DNA from: a virus
Lineage: Duplodnaviria; Caudoviricetes
Virus record (IMG/VR): IMGVR_UViG_3300037692_000257
Span: 1-49,751 of that record
DNA length: 49,751 bases
Strand: one strand, 5' to 3'
Position 1 is the stretch's first letter. Each line of letters begins with the position of its first letter. The notes beneath the pieces were generated by a model. It saw only the letters and a program-made list of their open reading frames with translations. It made no database searches and was not told the origin of the DNA. Both the position numbers and the translations under genes were made by a program. Shown here piece by piece: positions 34,039 to 43,535 of this stretch.

Positions 34039-36698
34039 GACGCCGCCGGCGGCATGGCCGGCCTACCGGCTGGGCGACCGGGGCGTGGCGGCTGGCGCCC
34101 GGCCTGTCCCGGGTCCGCCGGGTTGGCGGCCCCACCCCGATCGAAGGCGACCATCATCCGCTCGGCCGCGTCGGCGTCCTCGGCGGCCCGCTTCTCGAGC
34201 TCTTCCTCGGCGTCGATGCCCGGGATCCTCGACAGGATCGTGGCGCTCGACACGCCGAGCTCGTGCATCAGCGCGAGCGACTCGAGGTGCTCCTTCTCGT
34301 TGCGCGTCTCGGGATCGGCCCAGCTGATGTTGATCTTGACCATCGCCGCGGCTGCCGCGTCGATCGGCGGCCTGGCCTCGTCGCTGGTGGCCTCGTCGGC
34401 CGCGATGACGACCGCCATGCGCAGCGCATTCACGAGCGGCTGGCCGTGGAAGACCTGGCGGTTGCGGGCCTTGCTGACGAGCCCCGATTCGGCCGTCTTG
34501 AGACTGTTGTGCGTCGGGATGTAGGCATCACCGACGAGGAAGAGATGCGATGGTCCAGAGACCGCGATGCAGCGGACCGGCACAGACTCGACCGGCTCCG
34601 CTGATCGGATGTACCGGAAGCGCGATGCGCCGCCAGTGGCGAACTTCTGCCGGGCCAACTTCCGGCGGAGATGGAACACGGGCTCGGGAGCGGTCCATGC
34701 CATTCGCCAACGCGGCGTTCCATAGTTCGACTCGATGCTCTCGTGAATAGCTACCTTGTGGCCGAGCGACTGGATCAGGCGATGCGCATCTCGAGCGAGT
34801 CGTTCGCGTCCCAAGTCGAGCGTGACCGAGCCGCCGGGCGTGGTCGATCCGTCGGTGTCCATGAGGCCCTGAAGGAGGGCGAGCCGCTGCCGATGTGATG
34901 CCCGGAAGTAGATCTGCGGAATATGCTTGTTGCCAATCAGCTCCGTCTCGATGAGGCGCCGGCGGAAAGTGATGTTCGTGCGCGGTGGAAGAGGATCGCC
35001 GGCACGTCGGGACCGATACGTCAAGTGCTCACATGCTTGGCACTTTGTGCCGCTCGGCCGGGCGTGACCACGTTGACACTGATTGGTCCCCCAGACCTGT
35101 CCCAATCCCAGCCGGAGCGTATTGCCCCGACGGCTGACCTCGTGCGCGACGACACCGACTGCGGCAAGGTTGGCGACTAGCTCGGGCGCGTCGTCGACGT
35201 GCTGGGTTACATCGGCATGGAGAGCCGTGCCATCGCCAAGCCACACGCCGAGGGCGTAGGGCTCGATCGGCAGGTCGATATCCGGTAGGTCGAGGGCGGC
35301 CGCGACCGGAATTGCGTGGTTGTAGACGCCGGTCCGGTTACGCCCCGTCCGGATCAAGTTGCCAGTCGAGGTGGTCGCCTTGATCGATCCGGCGATCTGC
35401 TCGGTCGCGACGACCGCTCCGGGCAAGCCACGCCTGCGGGCGTGATAGTCGACCGTCAGCCATTTATGAGCGGCATCCGCGACCAGGCTGGACCCGTCGT
35501 CGAAGCTGACGCGGTAGCACGGACGCCCGTCTAGCACCTCGAAGACATGCTCGACCGTCTGGATGTCCCCGCGCTCGTCGAAGACCTCGTCGCCGACGGC
35601 AATCTCTCCGATCGGCAAGCTGCCCGAGGGGGTCTGCACCGGCGTATCGAGCGCCAGCGCCTCGCCCGAGGGGATGTCGCCCGACAGGACCATCTGGTAG
35701 ACCGGCGTCCGGCTGCGCCCGGCCATGCGCACGATGGTCGCCTCGATCGAGGCGAGCGGCCCTGTCGGATCGGCAGCCTCGAACTGGTCGAAGGCGGCGC
35801 CCGCGGGACCCTCCCAGACCTCGCCCGGTGCCGTCTTGAGCTCGCTCGTGGTGACGCCGGTCGCGGTCCGCTGCGGCCAGCCCATCGTGTCGAGGATCTG
35901 CGACAGGTCGAGCAGCTCCTTGTTGAGCCGGTTCTGCTGGGGGATCGTGCCGCGGTGCTCGGCGCGGCCATAGCCCGTGCGCTTGGCCTTGTTTGCGAAG
36001 TGGAAGACGGGGATCCCGCGCGGCTCGCCGGCCTTGGTGGTCCAGGGGATCGGCCAGGCGGTGTCGCCCTCGTCGCGATGCGCGGCCCAGTTGCCGGCGT
36101 CATCGGACGACAGGCGGAACCACTTCTCGACCCGGTCAGGCCAGTAGATGTTCATCCGCCTGATCGCGCGGCCGGTCGGGTTGGTCGGCGAGACGGCGTC
36201 GGTGTCCCAGACCTTGCTGGCCCACTGCGCCACGGCGTTGCGATACTCGACCCGGACGACGTGCGGCGGGTTGTAGGTGAGCGCGACGATCTGGCGCTCT
36301 GGATCCCACTCGGCGATCAGGAAGGCGTCGCCGAGCTTGGTCGCCTCGCCCAGCACCTTGACCTGCTCGTCGTCGAACTCGTTGGCGTCCCAGACCCGCT
36401 CCTGCAGCCAGGTCGCGAGGTCCTCGTTCTCCGATTCGATGCCCGCCACCGACAGCCGCTCGGCGAGCGCGTCGACGACCGTCTCGCAGAAATTCTCGGC
36501 ATACGGGACGCCCTCGAGCTCGAGGTACTGCTTGAGCCGATCGGTCAGCTCGACGCCCTGGTCGCCGTCGTAGTAGCGCTCGGCCAGGCCGTAGGCGGCG
36601 ATCCGGTCGTTGCCCATGTCGGCCGCGCGGCGCAGGAATTCCTGGTCCGGCGCCCCGGCCGCCGTCGTCCGAACCGGGAGGGTGGCAGCATCGATCAT
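34035..36698 (-). CDS. Portal protein (SPP1 gp6-like) containing an intein
   Basis: RYYDGDQ, NFCETVVDALAERL, SGE|SLK motifs; downstream of terminase. Confidence 0.9.
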   Translation of the reverse strand: MIDAATLPVRTTAAGAPDQEFLRRAADMGNDRIAAYGLAERYYDGDQGVELTDRLKQYLELEGVPYAENFCETVVDALAERLSVAGIESENEDLATWLQERVWDANEFDDEQVKVLGEATKLGDAFLIAEWDPERQIVALTYNPPHVVRVEYRNAVAQWASKVWDTDAVSPTNPTGRAIRRMNIYWPDRVEKWFRLSSDDAGNWAAHRDEGDTAWPIPWTTKAGEPRGIPVFHFANKAKRTGYGRAEHRGTIPQQNRLNKELLDLSQILDTMGWPQRTATGVTTSELKTAPGEVWEGPAGAAFDQFEAADPTGPLASIEATIVRMAGRSRTPVYQMVLSGDIPSGEALALDTPVQTPSGSLPIGEIAVGDEVFDERGDIQTVEHVFEVLDGRPCYRVSFDDGSSLVADAAHKWLTVDYHARRRGLPGAVVATEQIAGSIKATTSTGNLIRTGRNRTGVYNHAIPVAAALDLPDIDLPIEPYALGVWLGDGTALHADVTQHVDDAPELVANLAAVGVVAHEVSRRGNTLRLGLGQVWGTNQCQRGHARPSGTKCQACEHLTYRSRRAGDPLPPRTNITFRRRLIETELIGNKHIPQIYFRASHRQRLALLQGLMDTDGSTTPGGSVTLDLGRERLARDAHRLIQSLGHKVAIHESIESNYGTPRWRMAWTAPEPVFHLRRKLARQKFATGGASRFRYIRSAEPVESVPVRCIAVSGPSHLFLVGDAYIPTHNSLKTAESGLVSKARNRQVFHGQPLVNALRMAVVIAADEATSDEARPPIDAAAAAMVKINISWADPETRNEKEHLESLALMHELGVSSATILSRIPGIDAEEELEKRAAEDADAAERMMVAFDRGGAANPADPGQAGRQPPRPGRPAGRPAMPPAAS
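34506..35660 (-). mobile_element. Class 3 (Ala-start, WCT) intein with LAGLIDADG endonuclease, 385 aa
   Basis: ALALDTPVQTPSG...ADAAHKW...LGVWLGDG...LLQGLMDTDGS...VRCIAV...IPTHN|S. Confidence 0.92.
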
Positions 36699-36952
36699 GG
36701 CTTCCCTCGGCTCACAAGGTTGCGTAGGTCGGTCAGGGTCAGGGCGATCGCGACGAGCGCCTCGGCCTGCGCGTAGTCGAGGAGCTCCTGCGTGGTGGCG
36801 ACCTCGCGCTCCCGGAGCAGCTCGATCGAGGCGATCGCCGCGGCGACGTGCGTCGAGGGCAGGCTCGACGCCGTCACGGCGGGCGCCGCCTGGCCATTGG
36901 CCTCGAGCTCCTCGAGCGCGAGGCGGCGCAGGACCTCGTCCTGCGAGATCAC
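36695..36952 (-). CDS. Hypothetical protein (85 aa) between terminase and portal
   Basis: GTGA overlap with the terL stop; ATGA overlap with the portal start. Confidence 0.55.
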   Translation of the reverse strand: MISQDEVLRRLALEELEANGQAAPAVTASSLPSTHVAAAIASIELLREREVATTQELLDYAQAEALVAIALTLTDLRNLVSRGKP

Positions 36953-38346
36953 GAGAGTCGGCCTCGAGCGGGCTTGTCGATGTACCGCTTCCCAATCAAT
37001 ACGAGGTCCCCGCGGCGCGTGACGGGCGGCTTGTTCGAGGGCAACGTCGAGCGCGACTTCCCGGCGCGCGTGCCGCGTTCGAGGGCCATGACGCCGTAGC
37101 GCAGCGCGTCGACGGCGTCGTCGTCCTCCTTGAGCGGCTCCTCCTTGAGCCCGCCGGTCAGCCGGTCCGGCTTCCAGCGGTAGTCGGGGATCTCGCCGAG
37201 CAGGCCCTCGCAGCGCGGATCGATCGTCATCCCGGCCGTGATCGATGCGGCGACCGCGTCGATGCCCGGGCCCACGTCGTTGGTGGCCGTTTCGATCCGG
37301 ACGCCGCGCCGGCGGCACGTCTCGATGTACTCAGGCTCCGATGGGTCGGCGTACCAAGCCTCGAGCTCCCAGATCTCCTGCAGCTCGAGCAGCTGTGGGA
37401 TCAGGTCCTCGATCAGGCGGCCGGAGCCGTACAGCTCCTCGGCGACATGGCGCCGGCCCGAGCCGGATTCGAGCACGACCTCGGCGGCGAACGCGTGCAC
37501 GAAGCCCCAGTCGATGCCGCCCACCTTGCGCCGCCAGATCGTCTCGGGATCGGCGGCCCGGATCTGCTCGTCGGGCAGCGCGTAGATCGCGCCCTCGGCC
37601 GCCACCCACAGGCCCTTGCCCAGGCGCTTCCCGTGGACATCGTCGGGCAGGCCGCGCAGGCGCTCGAGGTAGTCGGGCGGCAGGAAGCGGTTCTGCGTCG
37701 CGACCAGGAACTCGTGGCGATCGTCGGCCGGCGTGAAGCGCTGCTTGAGCCAGTGCTTCGGGCTGCCCGGGTTGGTCGCGCCGGCGAGCTGGTGCCAGGG
37801 CATCGCCGGGTCCCGCAGGCGCCCCTGGAGCATCGTCCAGTCCGCCGAGCTCAGCTCGATCGCCTCGTCGACGCCGGCCCACGCGAGATCGAGCGAGCCG
37901 ACCTTGGACGGCACGCCGGTGATCGGATCCGGGTCGAGCCCCAGGAAGTAGATCCGCGACGGCCGCGCGTCGCCGGCGCTGACCTCGACCCACGATTCCG
38001 ACTTGTTCGAGCCGGTCACGTAGGCCGGATCCGCGACGTCCTTCCAGAACGTCCGGGCGGTCGTCGCCGGGAGCGACGCGGCGACCTTGCGGAACAGGCC
38101 GAACGTCGCGCCCGGATGCTCAAGGGCGAGCGACCACGCCTTCTCGCACAGGATCCGGCTCTTGCCGGCGCCCATCCAGCCCGACAGCAGCAGCTCGGCC
38201 GCCTGGCTGTCGTAGAACGCCTCGTGCTCGGGGCTGGCGAACTCGGGCCGGGCGAGGCCCTGGCGGCGGCGCACGCCGGCCTCGAGCAGCTCGGCGGCGC
38301 GCTCGAGCGGATCGGGACCGAGCGTCTGCGGCGCGTAGGCGAGCAT
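36949..38346 (-). CDS. terL: Terminase large subunit (PBSX-like)
   Basis: Walker A GWMGAGKS, Walker B AGVDEA, ATNPGSPKHW, GIDWG, DDAVDALRY. Confidence 0.95.
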   Translation of the reverse strand: MLAYAPQTLGPDPLERAAELLEAGVRRRQGLARPEFASPEHEAFYDSQAAELLLSGWMGAGKSRILCEKAWSLALEHPGATFGLFRKVAASLPATTARTFWKDVADPAYVTGSNKSESWVEVSAGDARPSRIYFLGLDPDPITGVPSKVGSLDLAWAGVDEAIELSSADWTMLQGRLRDPAMPWHQLAGATNPGSPKHWLKQRFTPADDRHEFLVATQNRFLPPDYLERLRGLPDDVHGKRLGKGLWVAAEGAIYALPDEQIRAADPETIWRRKVGGIDWGFVHAFAAEVVLESGSGRRHVAEELYGSGRLIEDLIPQLLELQEIWELEAWYADPSEPEYIETCRRRGVRIETATNDVGPGIDAVAASITAGMTIDPRCEGLLGEIPDYRWKPDRLTGGLKEEPLKEDDDAVDALRYGVMALERGTRAGKSRSTLPSNKPPVTRRGDLVLIGKRYIDKPARGRLS

Positions 38347-38936
38347 CAGTTGAGCTCCGCGCCGACCGGCGCCTTGACCCGCAGGGCCGAGATCACGGCC
38401 GCCTCGGCGAGGGCGCGCGAATCGCCGTGGACGCCGGCGGCGTCGAGCCCCGCCTGCAGCGCGCGCAGGATCACGTCGGCCTGGCGCTCGCTGATGACCG
38501 CCATCCGCTCGGCGATGTTCGCGTCGACGCTGGCCTTGGCGGCGCGGTGGCCTTCCTTAATCGCCCGCAGGTAGAGATCGAGCGCGGCCTCGAGCTGGAG
38601 CGATTGCATCTTCGACGCAGCCTCGGCGGCCGGCTCGAGCGCGGCCAGGACCGCCTGCGCCGAGGCCTCGAGCAGGCCCTGGACGTGGCGGACGGTGTCG
38701 CCCAGCAGCTTGATCGGGTCGCCATCGCCGAGCGGGATGCCGAGCTTGATCAGCGCCTGTTGGGCCTGCTCGCGGCCCGCGTACTTCTTCCCGTTCGGCG
38801 ATGAGCCCCCGTGCAGCCAGCAGTTGCCGGCGTGCAGGTGGTCGGTCCGGAAGCCCTTCGGATGCCGGCACGGCAGGGCGTCGCGCTTGTGCTTGGCGCC
38901 GCAGTGTTTCGACGGATCGAAGACGCGAGCCTTCAT
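38346..38936 (-). CDS. terS: Terminase small subunit (HGGxSTG-like)
   Basis: CGAK...C...CWLHGG motif directly upstream of terL. Confidence 0.7.
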   Translation of the reverse strand: MKARVFDPSKHCGAKHKRDALPCRHPKGFRTDHLHAGNCWLHGGSSPNGKKYAGREQAQQALIKLGIPLGDGDPIKLLGDTVRHVQGLLEASAQAVLAALEPAAEAASKMQSLQLEAALDLYLRAIKEGHRAAKASVDANIAERMAVISERQADVILRALQAGLDAAGVHGDSRALAEAAVISALRVKAPVGAELN

Positions 38937-39142
38937 GCGGCCGCCCCGATCTCGTGGCGCGAGCGATCGGCAACGGCCTCACGGAAGCACGGCTGGCCGT
39001 AGCGGCCGCTCTCGTTGAGGGTCGGGCGGCAGACGAAGCCGTGCGGGTGATCGGGATGGCCGGTCGGCCAGAAGGCGATCAGCTCGTCGGGCTGGCGCTG
39101 CTGCCCGCAGGCGACGCACCAGCGGACGTCGTCCAGGGTCAT
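38933..39142 (-). CDS. Cys-rich hypothetical protein (69 aa)
   Basis: CVAC...C...C; coupled overlaps. Confidence 0.6.
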   Translation of the reverse strand: MTLDDVRWCVACGQQRQPDELIAFWPTGHPDHPHGFVCRPTLNESGRYGQPCFREAVADRSRHEIGAAA

Positions 39143-39390
39143 GTCGCGAGCGGCTGTCGCCAGCCGGGATAGTAGTCGTCCATCCAGGCGACGGCCTGGG
39201 CCCGGTCGAGCACGCCGAGGCGCCGATACAGACTGGCCACACGACGCTTGATCGTGCGTTCGCTGACCTCGAGGCCGCCGGCGGCGCCCTTGTGCGAGGC
39301 GAACACGAGCGCCGACCGAAGCGCGTCGACCTCCGCTTCGGTCGGCCGGGGCAGCTTCGGAGAGAGCAGCAGCTGCAAGGCGAGCGCCAT
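39139..39390 (-). CDS. LuxR/GerE-type HTH protein
   Basis: LEVSERTIKRRVASLYRRLGVLDRAQAV. Confidence 0.85.
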   Translation of the reverse strand: MALALQLLLSPKLPRPTEAEVDALRSALVFASHKGAAGGLEVSERTIKRRVASLYRRLGVLDRAQAVAWMDDYYPGWRQPLAT

Positions 39391-39447
39391 CGCTCGCCTA
39401 CCTCGCCGGCGGGTCGAGCCGGTCGGCCAGGTCCTGCTGCGGCTCCA

Positions 39448-39552
39448 TCAGCCCCAGTGCCCCCGCTCGGCGCGCTGCAGCCAGGCCATCACGAGCGCGC
39501 CGAGCCCGGCCATGCCGCCGCTCAGGAGGACGATGCCGACGATCAGCTCCAC
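39448..39552 (-). CDS. Single-TM micropeptide (34 aa)
   Basis: Manual translation MELIVGIVLLSGGMAGLGALVMAWLQRAERGHWG. Confidence 0.55.
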   Translation of the reverse strand: MELIVGIVLLSGGMAGLGALVMAWLQRAERGHWG

Positions 39553-39690
39553 CTACAGCGCTCCCACCAGGAACGCCGCGGTGAGGAACGCCAGCCCGAC
39601 TGCCGTCAGGTTGACCGGGGTTGGCACCTTGAACGCATCCACGATGAACACGATCAGGGCAACGATCAGCAGGATCGCGGTCACGCTCAC
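39553..39690 (-). CDS. Two-TM micropeptide (45 aa)
   Basis: Manual translation MSVTAILLIVALIVFIVDAFKVPTPVNLTAVGLAFLTAAFLVGAL. Confidence 0.65.
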   Translation of the reverse strand: MSVTAILLIVALIVFIVDAFKVPTPVNLTAVGLAFLTAAFLVGAL

Positions 39691-39992
39691 TTGCGCACCA
39701 CCACCGCATTCCCCGGCGGCTCATCATTCGTGCCCCGGATCAGGACTGTGGTGCCGATGGGTAGCGACGGCTGGGCGACCGAAGTAGCGCCTCTGCGGGC
39801 GATCTCCGTGGTGATGATCGGCAGGAGCAGGATCAGGACGCCCGCCAGGTTCGCCGTCAGGTCGGTGATCTGGCCTGCCAGCACGTCGCTGATGACGCCT
39901 TCACCGAGCAGGGCGCCCACCACGGCGGCAACGACCGCCACGATGATCCCGACCCAGCGGACGGGCTCGCGGCCGAGGATGGAGAAGCTCAT
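39687..39992 (-). CDS. Holin-like membrane protein (101 aa)
   Basis: REPV start with two TM helices, in the lysis cluster. Confidence 0.6.
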   Translation of the reverse strand: MSFSILGREPVRWVGIIVAVVAAVVGALLGEGVISDVLAGQITDLTANLAGVLILLLPIITTEIARRGATSVAQPSLPIGTTVLIRGTNDEPPGNAVVVRK

Positions 39993-39994
39993 GG

Positions 39995-40348
39995 CTAGTC
40001 CGCGAAACCCGGCGCCTGGCAGGCTGCCGTGATGGCGTCCACGTCGAGGAAGCCCCGGCGCAACAGGTTCGTCAGGGTGACGCTGGAGATGTCCCCGATC
40101 ACATCCTCGAAGCTCTCCGTTCCATCGACGAACGGCCGGACGCGGCGAGCCCGCTCCTCATCGCTCTTGCGGATGTTCTCGGCGTTCTGGAGGAGATCGG
40201 CGGCCTGATTGGGTGCGACACCCTCGGTGTCCACCACGTATCGCTGCGGATCCTGGTGGAAGACGGCTCGGACAGTCCTGATCGCGAACTCGTCCGGGCT
40301 CATCTTGTAGAGCTTCGCGAAGCCCGCTGCGTCGTCGTACGTTGCCAT
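39995..40348 (-). CDS. Hypothetical protein (117 aa)
   Basis: AGGAG RBS upstream of ATG at 40348. Confidence 0.65.
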   Translation of the reverse strand: MATYDDAAGFAKLYKMSPDEFAIRTVRAVFHQDPQRYVVDTEGVAPNQAADLLQNAENIRKSDEERARRVRPFVDGTESFEDVIGDISSVTLTNLLRRGFLDVDAITAACQAPGFAD

Positions 40349-40361
40349 GGTTGGTGGTCTC

Positions 40362-40544
40362 CTATGTCTTCTGGCTGTCGATTGGCGCCCATGGCTCCGG
40401 GCGCCGGGGAGTGCCCCACGGCATGCTGCGGATGACGACCGGCGTGCCGGGATCCCGGCGGAGGCGGGCGAGCTCGACCAGGCGGCGGAGCTCGAAGCCG
40501 AGCGCCACGACGACCAGGGCGGCGATGGCGAGCGGGGCGTCCAC
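40362..40544 (-). CDS. Small membrane protein (60 aa)
   Basis: N-terminal TM helix. Confidence 0.55.
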   Translation of the reverse strand: MDAPLAIAALVVVALGFELRRLVELARLRRDPGTPVVIRSMPWGTPRRPEPWAPIDSQKT

Positions 40545-40545
40545 G

Positions 40546-41319
40546 TCACTCGCCCTCCAGCGCGACCTGCGCCGCCAGCACGTATTTGCCGGCGCTGCCG
40601 CCGGACGCGAGCTCGAGGAAGCCGACGCCGTGCGGCACCCCTTCGTTGCCCTGGATCTCGGTGGTGCCGGCCGCCCAGCCTTCGTAGAAGCCCGGGATCG
40701 GGTCCAGCTCCTCTGTGGCGGTGAACCGGCGCAGCTCGGCCACCTTCGCCTTGAACCGCCTGGGCGACGGCCAGCGGCGGTTGGTCACGGTCACAACGCG
40801 CACGTCATCGGCTCCCGTGCTGGTGTCGGGCGGCGCCACGAAGTACGGGCTGAACAGGCCGACCTTGGACCGCTCCTGCGAGTCGCGATAGAAGCTGATG
40901 TGCGAATGCCCCAGGTGCGAGTTGTCCGCCTCGCCGGTCCGGGGGGCGCTGGAGACGCCGCGCTCGCGGTCCCAGCGCAGGACCCGGATGCCGTCGGGGC
41001 TGTAGATGAACTCGCGGACGTCGGAGGTGCCCGGAGCGTTGGTGCGGCAGCGCTCCACGAACCAGCGCGAGAACGTCCGCAGCTGGCCGAGGTTGCCGTT
41101 GAGCGCGCCGAGATCGAGCGCCGATGCCGCTTCGCTCAGGCCGGCCCGGTCCCTCGGGGTGATCCGGCTGTAGGCGTCGCTCGTCAGCTGCGACCGGCCG
41201 AGGTGATAGGACGTGCCCCTGGTCCGGTGGCGGGTATCCCCGACGATGCCGAGGTTCCGCCCGCCGTGCGCCGTCCAGTAGCGGGCGAGGGTTTGGATCG
41301 AGGCGGGCGCGTAGGTCAT
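40546..41319 (-). CDS. Putative endolysin (M15-like zinc peptidase)
   Basis: SYH...ASALD...HLGHSHISF (H-D-HxH) ligand pattern; flanked by membrane proteins. Confidence 0.6.
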   Translation of the reverse strand: MTYAPASIQTLARYWTAHGGRNLGIVGDTRHRTRGTSYHLGRSQLTSDAYSRITPRDRAGLSEAASALDLGALNGNLGQLRTFSRWFVERCRTNAPGTSDVREFIYSPDGIRVLRWDRERGVSSAPRTGEADNSHLGHSHISFYRDSQERSKVGLFSPYFVAPPDTSTGADDVRVVTVTNRRWPSPRRFKAKVAELRRFTATEELDPIPGFYEGWAAGTTEIQGNEGVPHGVGFLELASGGSAGKYVLAAQVALEGE

Positions 41320-41386
41320 GCCGCATTTCCGACCGCGGAGACGTGCTCGGTAAGGCCAACGACGGTGCCAGCTTCGGGGCGCCCCA

Positions 41387-41767
41387 TCAGTGGTCGCCCC
41401 GGCCGTCGTAGCCATTGCCGGTCGCGGCGGCGTCCTCGGCGCGCGCCGAGGTGACCGCCTCGCTCTCCTCGAAGCGTCCGGTCAGGAACGCTGCGAGCCA
41501 GACGATCGAGGGCACCGACACGAGAACGAGGCCGACGGCGAGGACCGCCACGGAGGCCTCGCTCGACAGGTCCAGGATGCGCAGCCGGACCAGTCCGAGG
41601 GTCGCGGCGCCGGCGGCGATGACCGCCAGCACCACGGCCACGGTCGCGCGCTCCTCGAGCGCCGGCCAGCGATGGCGAGCCGCGGCCAGCACGAGGATCG
41701 TGGTCGAGCCCACGTTGGCGATCGCCAGCGCGATCAGGACGACGGCGAGCGTGTCCATCACGTTCAT
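41387..41767 (-). CDS. Multi-pass membrane protein (126 aa)
   Basis: Three to four hydrophobic helices. Confidence 0.7.
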   Translation of the reverse strand: MNVMDTLAVVLIALAIANVGSTTILVLAAARHRWPALEERATVAVVLAVIAAGAATLGLVRLRILDLSSEASVAVLAVGLVLVSVPSIVWLAAFLTGRFEESEAVTSARAEDAAATGNGYDGRGDH

Positions 41768-41955
41768 CGCCTCAGCCGCACGCTGCGGTACCCGGCCAGA
41801 CGGCGCTCGGCAAGCACCCGCGTCCTGATCGAATCGCGCCGGATCCGCTCCGTCTCGGCGTCACGCTCGGATTCCCGGACCCGGTCGTACCAGGGCAGCC
41901 GGTCCTCGATCCAGACCCGCAGGACGGCACGCAGCCGGGCGATCGCGCGGCTCAC
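41764..41955 (-). CDS. Hypothetical protein (63 aa)
   Basis: Coupled overlaps. Confidence 0.6.
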   Translation of the reverse strand: MSRAIARLRAVLRVWIEDRLPWYDRVRESERDAETERIRRDSIRTRVLAERRLAGYRSVRLRR

Positions 41956-42161
41956 GCCACCGGACCCTTGCGGTCACCGATCGCCTTGGCCATCAGCGCC
42001 AGCGATTCGGAGTTGCGCTCGGCCTGCGTCTCGGCCTTCTGCCGCTGCGCCTGCTCGAGCTTGTAGATCCAGCCCGGGACCAGGTCGCCCCGGACGATCC
42101 AGACCAGCACGACGCTGAGGACGACCAGCGCCCCGAACGGCCCGTAGAGCTCGGCCGGCAT
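41952..42161 (-). CDS. Membrane-anchored lysis-region protein (69 aa)
   Basis: TM helix plus RGDLVPG and coiled coil. Confidence 0.65.
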   Translation of the reverse strand: MPAELYGPFGALVVLSVVLVWIVRGDLVPGWIYKLEQAQRQKAETQAERNSESLALMAKAIGDRKGPVA

Positions 42162-42268
42162 TCACCGGGCCGCCGACATGAGGGCGCCCGGCCCATGGAG
42201 GAGGACGAGCCGGGCGCGGCGAACCTGACTGGTGATCACGCCTCGGAACGGTAGACCCTAAATCGGCC

Positions 42269-42480
42269 CGCTGCCTATCTCGCTGCCTGTCTTGGCACAA
42301 AGTGGCACGCCGTGGCACGAATTGGCACAACATCCGTTCGATTGGAGCGGCGCGGCGCGCTCGAACCGGACCTGCCGAGCATGGCCGGAATGCCCGGACC
42401 CTATACGCGCAGTATAGGGTCGTTCGTGCGTGGGACGAGGGTTCGAGGGGTCATTCGCTGCCTATCTCGCTGACTATCGC
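42269..42480. other. Putative attP region
   Basis: Paired arm-type repeats GCTG(C/A)CT(A/G)TC at 42270-42291 and 42457-42478; four TGGCAC at 10-bp spacing; central inverted repeat 42397-42421; adjacent to the int 3' end. Confidence 0.75.
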
Positions 42481-43526
42481 TTCCGAATGGCCTCGTCGAG
42501 GCTGTCGACCGCCCGCCGCTGGGCGTCCGGGATCACGTGGGCGTAGACCCGAGCGGTCATGGCCGGGTTGGCGTGGCCGAGCTGTTCGGCGATCACCCGC
42601 ATCGGCGTTCCGGCGGCAAGCATAAGGGTCGCCGCGCCGTGACGCAGCCCGTGGGGCGTCAGGGGTCGAAGCCCGGCTGCCCGCAGGATCCGGGGGAGGG
42701 CGTGGGTCGCCACCACGCGGGTCAGGCGGTCGCCCGACTTCGGCCCGAAGAACACGGGCTCCTTCGAGCCGACCCGCGGCGCCAACCGGATCGCGTCGGT
42801 GAGCGCGGCCATCGCATCCTCGGAGACCGGCACGGCGCGCGGCACGGTCTTGCTCCGCCGGATGCGGACGTAGCCCGGCTGCACGTCGCCCTGGTTGAGC
42901 GCCACCGCCTCCCCGATCCGCAGGCCGGAGCCCAGCAGGAAGCGCACGAGCTGCTCGAGCCATGTGCCCCGGACGGCATCGACCAGGGCCGCGGCGTCGG
43001 CAGCCGTCAACGCCGTGACCGGCTCGGCACGAGACTCCGGGGCCTCGACGCCCGCCGCGGCATTGTCGGGGATCTCTCTGCGGCGCACGGCGGCCGACAG
43101 GGCGGCGCGGAGGGTGGTCAGGATGCCCCGGATCGTGGCAGGGCTGAGCGGCTTCTGACGGCCCTTGCCCAGGCCCGTCACGAACGCCTCGACGTGGCGC
43201 GGCTGGAGCTCGCCGAGCGCGAACCGACCGAGCGCCGGGACGATATGGGTGTCGATGTGCGAGCGGTACAGCGCGGCCGTCGATCGGCGGATGCTGCGGC
43301 GCGACGCCAGCCAGCGATCGAGGTAGTCCGCCACCGTCTGGTCGACGTTAGGGCTGTTGCCGCGGCGGAGCTCCCCGAGCCACCACTCCGCCTCGGAGCG
43401 GAGGATGAACGTCTCGGATTTGCGGACACGACGGCCGCCCTCGGTCGTCGACCACTGGGCCTGCCACCTGCCGTTGGGTCGCTCGGTGATCCCGCCCGCA
43501 CCGCGACGGCCTCGCTTCCGCGCCAC
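42474..43526 (-). CDS. int: Tyrosine integrase
   Basis: N-terminal arm-binding domain, GSGLRIGEA, RSKT, HGLRH, LGH, VYAH catalytic motifs. Confidence 0.96.
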   Translation of the reverse strand: MARKRGRRGAGGITERPNGRWQAQWSTTEGGRRVRKSETFILRSEAEWWLGELRRGNSPNVDQTVADYLDRWLASRRSIRRSTAALYRSHIDTHIVPALGRFALGELQPRHVEAFVTGLGKGRQKPLSPATIRGILTTLRAALSAAVRRREIPDNAAAGVEAPESRAEPVTALTAADAAALVDAVRGTWLEQLVRFLLGSGLRIGEAVALNQGDVQPGYVRIRRSKTVPRAVPVSEDAMAALTDAIRLAPRVGSKEPVFFGPKSGDRLTRVVATHALPRILRAAGLRPLTPHGLRHGAATLMLAAGTPMRVIAEQLGHANPAMTARVYAHVIPDAQRRAVDSLDEAIRKR

Positions 43527-43535
43527 GACGGGATG

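Noticed and set aside
42425-42450. tRNA T-arm-like fragment (GAGGGTTCGA / TCGAACCCTCGTCCCA) near attP
   Set aside because: Could not be extended into a convincing tRNA 3' end or cloverleaf; no tRNA gene called
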